From Octopus vulgaris (taxonomy: Eukaryota), in the NCBI GenBank assembly GCA_951406725.2, contig OX597835.1, positions 21,266,001-21,330,000 on the forward strand: DNA of 64,000 nt. Direction: 5' to 3'. Below the pieces are notes generated by a model, which saw only the letters and a program-made list of their open reading frames with translations, ran no database searches and was not told the origin of the DNA. A program made the position numbers and the translations under genes. Positions 14,901-27,382 of this stretch are shown here, one piece after another; within the stretch, counting starts at the first letter, position 1; each line of letters opens with the position of its first letter.

Positions 14901-15694
14901 TATATATATACATACATACATACATGTGCACGTACATGTGTGTGTGTGTAAAAACATCATTAAAGTTAATATCAATATCGACGATAACATATGTTAATAG
15001 AACCTTATCAGAGCTATCCAAAATTATCAAAATTCCAATTGAATATTTGAAAGGTTGTCAGATTGTAAATGCTCACGAAAAGAACGCTTAAACCGAATTC
15101 AACCTAACACATACTTTCATGCAACATAATGGTGACGTCATTGGATAATTAAAATGGAAAATCAACATATTTAAGAAAAGCCATTCAACTGTTGATGATC
15201 GTCTGTGGATTATGAAAAAAGTACTAAAATAAGAATTTTACATTACGACAACTATAAGTCTACATAGAAACATAATCTAAACAAGGTTATTTTTGTATAC
15301 AACTATTGGTGACGTCACTGGATAACTAAAGAATGAAAAAGAAAGATAAGAATTCTACGTTTTGATTAATAGAAACTTAGATACTTTACCTCAAAGCAAT
15401 TAGTTATCTATTTACTCATCTTATAAGAAATGAAAAATGATTATACTTAATTGAAAATTTTGAATGTCTTTCTAAATTTATGGCAACTTCTTATTGTAAA
15501 GTCTTCATTAAAATTCAATAAAATTAACTTAGAAGTTATTATATAATACATTCCGCCGAGGCCGACTTTGCTTTTTATCCATTTGGGGTCGATGAACAGT
15601 AACAGTGAAACACTGGGGTCGTTGTATTCGACTAACGCCATCCCACCAAATTTCAGACCTTAAGCCTATAATAGAAAGGATTATTATTATTATA

Positions 15695-15766
<72 letters not shown>

Positions 15767-15841
15767 GTTAGTATTATTATTGTTGTTGTTATTATTATTA
15801 TTATTATTATTATCATTATTATTATTATTATTATTATTATC

Positions 15842-16224
15842 GTTTTTCTTCTCAGAACGTTTTGTCTTGTTGGTTCTGGTAGGTTCTGCGAGAGTGCACA
15901 GCAGCTTGCCGTCAGTGGTCTCACAGGGGCTCTTTCGGCACATTATAGGCATTGGTACTTGGTCCTTAATTATCGTGGGAGACATTCAACATCCAAATAC
16001 CAATCTCAAAAAGTCCTAGCCGTCCCCAGCAGAGCAAGTTTTGGGGCTTGTTCTGCTCCCATGTCAATTCCGATTTCATTGACATATTTCTCGTACGTGG
16101 TTGTTAGTGTTCCAAGTGACCCTACAACTAGTGGAACAACAGGCACTTTCCTCATAGTCCACAGTCTTACAATTTCGTTTTTAAATTACCTGTACTTTTC
16201 GATCTTTTCTACTTCTTTGTCACT
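15842..16224 (-). mobile_element. R4/Dong 3' fragment (second lineage), flanked both sides by (AAT)n
   Basis: KEVEKIEKY...EIVRLWTMRKVPVVPLVVGSLG...KLALLGTART, then a 3'UTR into (AAT)n. Confidence 0.8.
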
Positions 16225-16228
16225 TATA

Positions 16229-16294
<66 letters not shown>

Positions 16295-16317
16295 CATCAT
16301 TATTATTATTATTATTA

Positions 16318-16349
<32 letters not shown>

Positions 16350-16833
16350 TATTATCATCATCGTCGTCATGATGACGATTATGATAATGGTCATCATCAT
16401 TATTATTGGTGTTGTAATTGTTATAGTTAAAAGTCTAAAATGAGTGCTTTCCATCGGAGATGCGATAAGCTAAATGCAGCATCGTAGGTTTGGACAAGTA
16501 TAGAACGTCTTTAAGAAGAGATAAGGAAATCTGAAATGAATTAGTGTGTTTCTCTGGATAAATCATTGTGATAGATGAGAAAGTAAAACCTCGTACCTAA
16601 CAGTAAATCAAAGATATCTGTGGCGCAGGGACCAACCCTGCAGAGGAAGGAGGAGACGATATTTACACATGGTATACAAAGAATAACGGAGGCGTTGTTT
16701 GGCTCCGAGACAGCGGTTTGATCGAACATACTTCTGCTCAATGTCCGTAACAATTCCGCCTTTTATTTTTAGTACATCAATTACTACATGTTTTCCAGTG
16801 GTTTAATGTATTTGTGAAAAGTGTATGTATATA

Positions 16834-17016
16834 GGCGCAGGAGTGGCTGTGTGGTAAGTTGCTTGCTTACCAACCACATGGTTCCGGGTTCAGTCCCACT
16901 GCGTGGTTTCTTGGGCAAGTGTCTTCTGCTATAGCCTCGGGCCGACCAATGCCTTGTGAGTGGATTTGGTAGACGGAAACTGAAAGAAGCCTGTCGTATA
17001 TATGTATATATATATA

Positions 17017-17067
<51 letters not shown>

Positions 17068-17283
17068 ATATGTTTGTGTGTCTGTGTTTGTCCCCCAAGC
17101 ATTGCTTGACAGCCGATGCTGCTGTGTTTACGTTCCCCGTCACCTAGCGGTTCGGCAAAAGAGTCCGATAGAATAAGAACTGGGATTACAAAAAAATAAG
17201 TCCCGGGATCGATTTGCTCGACTAAAGGCGGTGCTCCAGCATGGCCGCAGTCAAATAACTGAAACAAGTAAAAGAGTAAAAGC
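16834..17283 (+). mobile_element. tRNA-derived SINE family B (CORE-like motif TTGGGCAAGTG, internal TA/TG microsatellite, GTAAAAGA tail)
   Basis: Pol III boxes TGGCTGTGTGG and GGTTCAGTCC. Multiple homologous copies in the window. Confidence 0.9.
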
Positions 17284-17744
17284 GTATATATGTACGCATG
17301 ACTTTTCATTTATCTTTTACTTCGATCAGAGACTGCGTCCATGCTGTAGCACCTCTTTGAAGAACATCGGTCGAACAAATAGGTCTCAGTTCTTTTAAGC
17401 TCGGCACTTATGCTATCGCTCCCTTTAGCTGAACCGCTAAGTTAATGATACGTTAACATACCAACACCGATTATCAAACGGTGGTGGTGAACAAACATAC
17501 ACACATGTACATTATTTACATTATTTACATTTAACCACAACGCCATATGACTCTAAAACCACATTCATAGTTCATTTAAATTAACATTGAATGTGGTTTA
17601 AGAGTCAAGTTTTGCTATTTCCAGCGTGGTGGTATCTCTTAGATGCCCTAAATTATAATTTTAATACTAATTATTACCTTTGAGGGGCTTTATTCTCATG
17701 CTGGCCACTTTATAAGATCGATATTTAAATTAACTATCTTATCC

Positions 17745-17819
<75 letters not shown>

Positions 17820-17838
17820 TATATACATATATATATGC

Positions 17839-17892
<54 letters not shown>

Positions 17893-17904
17893 CTACATAT
17901 ATAT

Positions 17905-17952
<48 letters not shown>

Positions 17953-17987
17953 AATATATATATATATGTATATATATATCTATCTAC

Positions 17988-18018
<31 letters not shown>

Positions 18019-18038
18019 AATATATATATATGTATATG

Positions 18039-18118
<80 letters not shown>

Positions 18119-18761
18119 TAAACATTTATTCTTAAGAAATTCCTTCACCCAAGAATCTAGATTAGATGTTCCTCGAGCATCAAAGTTCTTCCACTAACCT
18201 TTTTGTATAAGAGTACGCTAAACTTTACGCAACGTCAGTAGATCATCAGACAACGGATTTCGATTTAATTTTGCATCACCGGTCATACACACGGCTCCGG
18301 TGTATATCACAAGAACGTCTCTTCGGTGGTAACTTTCAGGATGTCAGAGGAATCTCGGTTGTTAGATAAGCAAAACAATGAACATAATATTTGCCCGAGT
18401 GTTGAGGCTTGCTAAGCAGGAATTAATTCAAGATAATTACACAAAGTATTGAGAATGAAAATAACAAATTTTTCAAGACGTTTCTCCGCTTCTGCATGTG
18501 AATGGCATTCGCTATCACGATTTTGTTCCTCCAGGCTTTCTGTACAAACAACGCCAAGCTCCAAGCAACGAGATTCTTTACATATGTCTGAAGAGATATA
18601 TATACATGCATTGCATACACTTTCAAACGTGAACCTCACTACACACACGCACACACAAACACATATACACATACACATATATATATATAACATATGTATT
18701 TTTTTAAATACAAATAAATGAAAGAATGGAGTTGAACGACGAATTAACAAAATTCCTTTAT

Positions 18762-18842
18762 TTTCGACATATGTTTCGAAGGCTGCATATTCCTAATTTC
18801 GAAGGAATAAGGGGTGCATTATGCCGCCTTCTCATCAGGAAA
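18762..18842 (-). ncRNA. Type I hammerhead ribozyme with extended stem II (Penelope type)
   Basis: Minus strand: TTTC CTGATGA GAAGGC...GCCTTC GAAAC atat GTC GAAA. Canonical core, GUC cleavage triplet, palindromic stem III ACATATGT. Confidence 0.88.
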
Positions 18843-19694
18843 CACAAGGAACTTATGTCAGAATCAAGATGCACAAAAGCTTTTAGATGACTGCCCATAT
18901 AACATATGTATATATGATTTTATATTCAGCAGAAAACCATAATAATATCATAATATTTATTGACATAATGAATTATTTAGCCACATGAGGGCCATTTCTA
19001 CGGATAGCTTCAAAAACCCTATTAGTTTTGGAATCTCTCAATTTTTTTAATAGTAACAGACTGCCTCTGCTACAGCTTTGATGGTCGCTCATAAGACATC
19101 TATCTACATAAATAGGCGTCCATTTGCATAAACATCTTATTTAATGATGAACCAAAGATTTTCGACAGGGTTACGATCCGGAGATGCTAGCAACCACACT
19201 ATCAACCTTTCACCTTGTATGCCTTAAAACCCTAGTAATGTTGGGGTGGTCTTGGCAGAGTGGGTGGAAGCGTTGACATGCATGAATACGGGATTTGTGA
19301 GAAGTGACAGCAGTATGTCATCGAGCCAGGAATCAAGACCTTCTTCAGGAGATTGCAAGAGGCGGCGAGCAGGCAATCTTAAGGCAGCGAGCAGGCAATC
19401 TCCTGGCAATCTTAAGGCGGCGAGCAGGCAATCAGAGGGCGGCGAGCCTTCAGATTTAACGTTCAATTAAACGGAGTTGCATAAAACGATCTTCAATTAC
19501 TAAAACACTTTAAATGAAAACGAAACGGATTATATGAAGAATTATCAAACAAGGCGAATAAATACCGAAGGGAGAAAAGGGGAGATAACTAACACAAGAT
19601 TCTTCTAAAATTCCCGGAATGAAAACCTAACACATAAGAGACTTTCCTTCTTATCATTAATCTCTTACCTTCTTTACCTCTCTTTCTCTGTTAT

Positions 19695-19829
19695 ATGTGT
19701 GTGTGTGTGTATGAGAGAGAGGGAGAGAGAGAGAGAGTGTCTGTGTGTTTGTGCGTGTTTGAGTGAGGGAGAGTGTGTGTGTGAGAGAGAGAGAGAGAGA
19801 AAGTGTGTGTGTGAGAGAGAGAGATTGTA

Positions 19830-19882
<53 letters not shown>

Positions 19883-20118
19883 AAGAGAGAGTGTGTTTGT
19901 GTGTGTTTGAGTGAGGGAGAGTGTGTGAGAGAGAAAGAGGGGGAAAGTGTGTGTGAGAAAGTGTGTGTGTGAGAGAGAGAGATTGTGTGTGAGAGAGAGA
20001 GTGTGTGTGAGAGAGTGTGTGTGAGAGAGAGAGAGTGAGAGAGAGAGAGAGTGTGTGTGTGAGAGAGTGTGTGTGAGAGAGAGAGTGTGAGAGAGAGAGA
20101 GTGTGTGAGAGAGAGAGA
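19695..20118. repeat. Compound (GA)n/(GT)n
   Basis: Direct inspection. Confidence 0.95.
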
Positions 20119-20480
20119 ATGTACACTCACAAGATTGAGTTAAAGGTTTTGGGGATTTTCATTGATGGCTCTTGAAAACCTTGTATGCCCATTTTTTATA
20201 ATTAGTTTTATATAACTTACAGTCCAATCGATGCCGAATTGTTTATTCTTCATCGCACGAGGAGCACCTAGTCAGCCTGGGGATCGTCGATCTTTTTGCG
20301 AGCGTAAATTTTAGAGAAAGTCGAGACGACAGTGAGAAGATCTGGTGATATTTTCCTCTCTCGCGTGCCTGCTGCCATGCTCTGTTGCAGTCACTCTATT
20401 GGACCCATACGTCTCGCAGCCCTCGGGGACTGCTGCATACTATTCTCTCCTACGCAACAATGCCTTCTATTTATGGTTAA

Positions 20481-21275
20481 CTAGCAGTATCGCCTGGCGT
20501 TGCTCGGGTTTATAAGGGAAATAACTATATAAGCATTTTTAGAGATGTAAAGTATAATAGCCATCTCAATATGGCTAACCACAAAGGGGGGGTGTTACTG
20601 TAGCTTTTTACGTTCTGAGATTTAATAATACATTTTTAGAGAGTTACTTCCCTTATATATGCCAAAAATGCATTAAAATGGGAAAACTTGATGGTAATTT
20701 TTTTTAATGTGGTTTAAGAGTCAAGTTTTGACTGCTATTTCCAGCGTGGTGGTATCTCTTAGATACCCTAAATTATAATTTTAATAATAATTATTACCTT
20801 TGAAGGGCTTTATTACCATGCTGGCCACTTTATAAGATCGATACTTAAATTAACTATCTTATCCTTATTTATATAGATACTAGCAGTATCGCCCGGCGTT
20901 GCTCGGGTTTGTAAAGGAAATAACTATATAAGCATTTTTAGAGATGTAATGTATAATAGCCATCTCAATATGGCTAACCACAAAGGGGGGGATGTTACTG
21001 TAACTTTTTACGTTCTGAGATTTAATAATAAATTTTTAGAGAGTTACTTCCCTTATATACGCCAAATATGCATTAAAATGGGAAAAATTGATGGTAATTT
21101 TTTTTTTTAATCGTAGACTCATCGTAGACGCGCGCTAATACCCAGAAGAGCTCGATATGAATCATGACTATAAGATACCCGGTTTTGGATAAACTGCACC
21201 GGAAAATGTGGGAGTAGTTAGGAATCTAAATCGTAGGAGACAGACAGCACACAACCTCACTTTTATATATAAAGA
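20481..21275 (-). mobile_element. Two tandem non-autonomous Helitrons (20481-20877, 20880-21275)
   Basis: On the minus strand each starts TC(T) and ends with the hairpin CCCGAGCAACGCC(G/A)GG, then CTAG|T. No TSD. Confidence 0.85.
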
Positions 21276-21403
21276 TTATAAAGGCCGTCCATAATGCTTT
21301 CAAACGTCTTTTTAACGAAACACACACATACACGCTAAAACATGCAGAACCAAAAACACACGCACAAATCAAGAATGTTATGCTCATAAACACATACACA
21401 AAA

Positions 21404-21786
21404 CACTCCGTCGGTTACGACGATGAGGGTTCCGATTGATCCGAATCAACGGAACAGCCTGCTCGTGAAATTAACGTTTAAGTAGCTGAGCACTCCACAG
21501 ACGCGTGTACCCTTAACGTACTTCTCGGGGATATTCAGCGTGACACAGAGAGTGACAAGGCCGGCCCTTTGAAATACAGGTACAACAGAAACAGGAAGTA
21601 AGAGTGAGAGAAAGTTGTGGTGAAAGAGTACAGCAGGGATCACCACCATCCCCTGCCGGAGCCTCGTGGAGCTTTTTAGGTGTTTTCGCTCAATAAAAAC
21701 ACTCACAACGCCCGGTCTGGGAATCGAAACCGCGATCCTATGACCGCGAGTCCGCTGCCCTAACAACTGGGCCATTGCGCCTCCAC
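21404..21786 (-). mobile_element. SINE family A
   Basis: Reverse complement of 530-914, TSD ACACAAAA. Confidence 0.92.
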
Positions 21787-22150
21787 ACACAAAACGATAC
21801 AGAGGCATACAACTCACCTAACATCCGTTTGTTTTTTTTTTGTTTTTTTTTCTGTCTTTGAACATCAGATTCGACCAATCTCCGCAGACTTCTGCTCAAT
21901 CAATGGATACCGTATTTGACACTTGGACACTTTTGTCTGGATCCTCGCATTTTTATTATTTTAATTAGTATTTGCTTCACCTCTTCCTTTCTCCACGTGT
22001 ATTCTAAAGAAGAGCAACGTCAGGAAATATAATTTTAATTAACTCTTTCGACTTCTTCGAGCGTCAAACTAATAATTGCGTTCGGGAATCTATCCCTTCT
22101 TGATTTCTTTCTTTAATTTCTTCCTTCTCACGCTCTCTTTCACTATATGC

Positions 22151-22202
<52 letters not shown>

Positions 22203-22211
22203 CGTATGTGT

Positions 22212-22255
<44 letters not shown>

Positions 22256-22285
22256 ATGTGTGTGTGTGTGTGTGTGTGTGTCTGC

Positions 22286-22324
<39 letters not shown>

Positions 22325-22401
22325 TGCGTATGTGTGTGTGTGTGTGTGTGTGTGCGCTGCGTATGTGAGTCAATGCATGTGTGTAATATTTAGCGTAGAA
22401 A

Positions 22402-23002
22402 AAGGCGACGAGCTGGCAGAAACGTTAGCACGCCGGGCGAAATACTTAGCCGTATTTCGTCTGCCGCTACGTTCTGAGTTCAAATTCCGCCTAGAGCGAC
22501 TTTGCCTTTCATCCTTTCGGAGTCGATGAAATAAATACCAGTTACGCACTGGAGTCGATACAATCGACTTAATCCATTTGTCTGTCCTTGTTTGTCCTCT
22601 CTGCGTGTAGCCCCTTGTGGGTAGTAAAGAAATAGGTATTTCGTCTACCGCTACGTACTGAGTTCAAATTCCGCCAAGGTCGACTTTGCCTTTCATCCTT
22701 TCGGAGTCGATTAAATAAGTACCAGTTACGCACTGGGGTCGATGTAATCGACTTAATCCGTTTGTCTGTACTTGTTTGTCCTCTCTGCGTGTTGCCCCTT
22801 GTGGGTAGTAAAGAAATAGGTATTTCGTCTACCGCTACGTACTGAGTTCAAATTCCGCCAAGGTCGACTTTGCCTTTCATCCTTTCGGGGTCGATTAAAT
22901 AAGTACCAGTTACGCACTGGGGTCGATGTAATCGACTTAATCCATTTCTCTGCCCTTACTTGTCCCCTTTGTGTGTAGCCCCTTGTGGGCAGTAAAGAAA
23001 TA
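22402..23002 (+). mobile_element. Nin-domain SINE family C, trimer (head + 184-bp units), inserted into an older family C copy that continues to ~23200
   Basis: A/B boxes, Nin-type CCTTTCATCCTTTCGGGGTCGAT...AAGTACCAG domain, units restart at GGTATTTCGTCT (22635, 22819). Confidence 0.9.
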
Positions 23003-23243
23003 AGAAATTTTAGCATGCAGGGCGAAATGCTTAGAGGTATTTCGTCTGGCTTTACGTTCTGAGTTCAAATTATGCCGAGGTCGACTTTGCCTTTCATCTT
23101 TTCGGGGTCGATAAATTAAGTACCAGTTGCGTACTGAGGTCGATCTAATCGACTGGCTCCCTCCCCAAAATTTTCAGCCCTTGTGTCTAGATTAGAAAGG
23201 AATACGTAATATAGAATATATATATAAATATATATATTTATAG

Positions 23244-23411
23244 GCGTAGGAGTGGCTGTGTGGTAAGTAGCTTGTTTACCAGCCACATGGTTCCGGGTTC
23301 AGTCCCACTGCGTAGCACCTTGGGCAAGTGTCTTCTACTATAGCCTCGGGCCGACCAAAGCCTTGTGAGTGGATTTGGTAGACGGAAACAAAGAAGCCCG
23401 TCGTATATATG

Positions 23412-23465
<54 letters not shown>

Positions 23466-23682
23466 TGTGTCTGTGTTTGTCCCCTAGCATTGCTTGACAA
23501 CCGATGCTGGTGAGTTTATGTCCCCGTTACTTAGCGCTTCGGCAAAAAGAGACCGATAGAATAAGTACTGGGCTTACAAAAAGAATAAGTCCCGGGGTCG
23601 AGTTGCTCGATTAAAAAAAAAAAGGGCGGTGCTCCAGCATGGCCGCAGTCAAATGACTGAAACAAGTAAAAGAGTAAAAGAG
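23244..23682 (+). mobile_element. SINE family B
   Basis: Colinear with 16834-17283. Confidence 0.9.
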
Positions 23683-24053
23683 TATATGTATATATGCACG
23701 CTGGCAAAATGCTTTGCGACATTTAGTCTGTCTTTACGTTCTGAGTTCAAATTCCACCGGAGTTGACTTTACATTTCATCCTTTCGGGATCGATAAAATA
23801 AGTACCAGTGAAACACTGGGTTCGATGTGCTCCGAAATTGCTGGCCTTGTGAAAAAATTTGAAATTTATATTACACTGTGTTCTTGTTCTACTAGGGGAA
23901 GAATTTATCTTCGAAGCCAGTTTCAGTTTTTATTGCACACCTGCAAGGATAAATGCAAAAAATGAAATAAGCTCATGTATGTGTATGTGCATGCATGTGC
24001 GTGTGTGTGCGTGTGTTTGCGCACACGCATGTTTGTGAAAGTGTTTATGCATA

Positions 24054-24097
<44 letters not shown>

Positions 24098-24204
24098 AGA
24101 GAGAGAGAGAGAGAGAGACATTCACATGTATGTATATATGTGTATATATATACATGCATATATACATATATACATATATATATTTATATATACATGTGTA
24201 TATG

Positions 24205-24254
<50 letters not shown>

Positions 24255-24290
24255 TTCATACAAGTGAATCTTTCTCTCTCTCTCTCTCTC

Positions 24291-24350
<60 letters not shown>

Positions 24351-24393
24351 GTATATATATATATGCATAAACACTAATACACACACAAACAGG

Positions 24394-24442
<49 letters not shown>

Positions 24443-24466
24443 AAACACCAAAACACACACAAGCAG

Positions 24467-24509
<43 letters not shown>

Positions 24510-24540
24510 TATATATATATACATGTATGTATGTATATGT

Positions 24541-24585
<45 letters not shown>

Positions 24586-25631
24586 GGAATATAAAGAATT
24601 AAAATATATAGAAACGTTTTAAAGCACTGAATGTCCTTTTTTTTCTCAACAGAATTAGGTGTTACGGATACGGCTCCACCGCATCGCATTCTCCATACAG
24701 CTTCAATAAAACTAATTATTGTTCCGTTGTTTTTTTCTCCAGGAGCCAGATATGAACAACGATCAACGAATTGCTAGAAAAAAAAACGTAAAGGAAAAAT
24801 TTTGCGGCGGCAGTGAATGTAAAAGGGGCGGTGTTACAGTGCGTAGAAGATAATCTTATCTGCATCTCTAGTATCTGTGTGTGTATATATGCATGCATAT
24901 ATTTATTCTCTAGAATGACCGTCTCCAATCTTTCCCGTAGATATAGATTTTCTAAGAACGTTTCGTTCCTTCTTCCTCACGTTAATGACATAAGCAATCT
25001 GTTTCCATGATATTGACATTAAAGGTGGCATATGGAAGCTGTGTGATTCTAAAACGTTACAGCATTATAAACGGTAAGGCAAGACATTGATTGATTGGAT
25101 AGGAATTACAACTGTAGCCATTCCTTGTGTATGGAGAATTGTCTGGTGCAGTTCCAAACCTATATACGACAATGCCAAAAACGGAGGATCAAACTACTGC
25201 ACGAGGAATAGATCAAAGGGTGTTAATATAGAAATATTCATAATAGGTAAATGAACTGCCTCTTTTGTATCGCGATTCCATAATCACGTGAAGCATTACG
25301 TTATCAGAACTTCTTTTCAAATAACAACTTATTATTCAATTTTGAATAAACTGAAAAATTAGTTCAAACTGAGTAGATTCTTGTCGTGTGTTGTTGATTC
25401 GTTTCAAAGTTTTGGCACGAAGCCAAGAGTTTGTAGGAAACATACTATAAACCAGTGAATAGAGCGACCACCCATCAGAATAACACTTCCAATTCTTAAG
25501 TTAATTACAAGCCGCGCCAACAAGGGAGCCATTGCCCTGTGACTCGACCTGTTATAAACAATAGTCGAATTTCCCACAAAACCACAAAGTGTTAAAAACA
25601 GGAAGATCACATTAGATATTTTAGTTCTAGA

Positions 25632-26941
25632 CTAGCAGTATCGCCCGGCGTTGCTCTGGTTTGTAAGGGAAATAACTATATAAGCATTTTTAGAGAGTTA
25701 TAGCCAAAAAATAGCAAAAAAAATGCATTAAAAATGGAAAAAAAATTATGGTAAACTTTTTTTTTAAATCGTTGACTCATCGTAGACATTTTTAGAGAGT
25801 TACTTCCCTTATATAATGGCGAAAAAATGCATTGAAATGGAAAAAAATTATGGTAAATTTTTTTTTTAATCGTAGACTCATCGTAGACGCGCGCTAATAC
25901 CCAGAAGGGCTCGATATGAATCACGACTATAAGATACCCGGTTTTGGTTAAACTGCACCACAAAATGTGGGAGTAGTTAGGAATCTAAATCGTAGGAGAC
26001 AGACACACAACTTGACTTTTATATATAAAGACTAGCAGTATCGCCCGGCGTTGCTCGGGTTTGTAAGGAAAATAACTATAAAGCATTTTTAGAGAGTTAT
26101 AGCCAAAAAGTAGCAAAAAAATATATTAAAAATGGAAAAAAATGATGGTAAATTTTTTTAATAATCGTTGACTCATCGTAGACATTTTTAGAGAGTTACT
26201 TCCTTTATATTTAAAAAATATGCATTAAAATGGAAAAAATGATGGTAAATTATTTTTAAAATCGTAGACTCATCGTAGACGCGCGCTAATACCCAGAAGG
26301 GCTCGATATGAATCACGACTATAAGATACCCGGTTTTGGTTAAACTGCACCGCAAAATGTGGGAGTAGTTAGGAATCTAAATCGTAGGAGACAGACACAC
26401 AACTTAACTTCTATATATATAAAACTGTAGTTGTGTGAGTGTCTGTCCCCTTCGATTTAAATTCCTAACTACTCCCACATTTTGCGATGCAGTTTAACCA
26501 AATTCGGGTATCTTATAGTTGTGATTCATATCGAGCCCGTCTGAGTATTAGCGCGCGTCTACGATGAGTCTACGATTTTAAAAATAATTTAACATCATTT
26601 TTTATTCCATTTTAATGCATAATTTTTCGTGTGTCGATGGCGGCGGAGTTGGCGTCCACGCTCAAACACCTGCACCTTTTTTGCTTCTCCCCCTTCTTCC
26701 CTCCCTCGTGAAGCTGTGGGGAAGGGAGTTTAAGGAAATTAACGTCGTAAAGCGTTGTCAAGGAGACCAGCGTTCTTTTAGAACAACGACTTCATGGCTT
26801 GAAGACACCAAAACAGAAATGGCTAAGAAAGCCCGAATTGGCATCTATAAAGGAAGTAACTCTCTAAAAATGCTTATATAGTTATTTCCCTTACAAACCC
26901 GAGCAACGCCGGGCGATACTGCTAGTCTTTATATATAAAGA
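25632..26941. mobile_element. Helitron cluster: two head-to-tail minus units (25632-26031, from 26032) and a plus unit (26410-26925)
   Basis: Same termini as the 20481 family. CTAG|TC junctions at 26031/26032 and 26925/26926. Confidence 0.87.
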
Positions 26942-27382
26942 TGTACGAAAAATTAAGATAGGATGCTCAAGGCTAAAATACCTTCGATCATATGTCTGCT
27001 CGGTCAGTGCTGACCTGGGACAAAACAATTACCCACACAACACAAATGCTACATTTTAGGATGAGAGATGTATTCGACTATTATTTAGCCTTTATCTTTT
27101 CTTTGATCAAGTCATTAGACTGTGGCCATGCTGGGGCACCGCGTAGAAGAATATTTAGTCGAATGAATCGAACCCGGGACTTATGTTTTCCTTTTAAGCC
27201 TAGTACATATCAATATCTTTTGCCGAAGTGCTAAGTTACAGGGACGTAAACACACCAGCAATGGTTGTCAAGCAGTGGTGGGGGTACAAAATAGAGACAA
27301 TGACACACACATATTTGTGTATATGTATATATATTCTTTTATTCTTTTACTTGTTTCAGTCATTTGACTATATATATATATA

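Noticed and set aside
22402-23002. CRISPR-like array
   Set aside because: Units are contiguous SINE segments without unique spacers, and no cas genes are present.
24730-24855. Plus-strand exon after TTTTTTCTCCAG
   Set aside because: Good acceptor, but only a short unremarkable frame and no clear donor.
25075-25100. miR-31-like seed and TGATTGAT Hox/Pbx site
   Set aside because: Seed-only match without a hairpin. I recognised no conserved bilaterian miRNA in the window, and an 8-mer alone is expected by chance.
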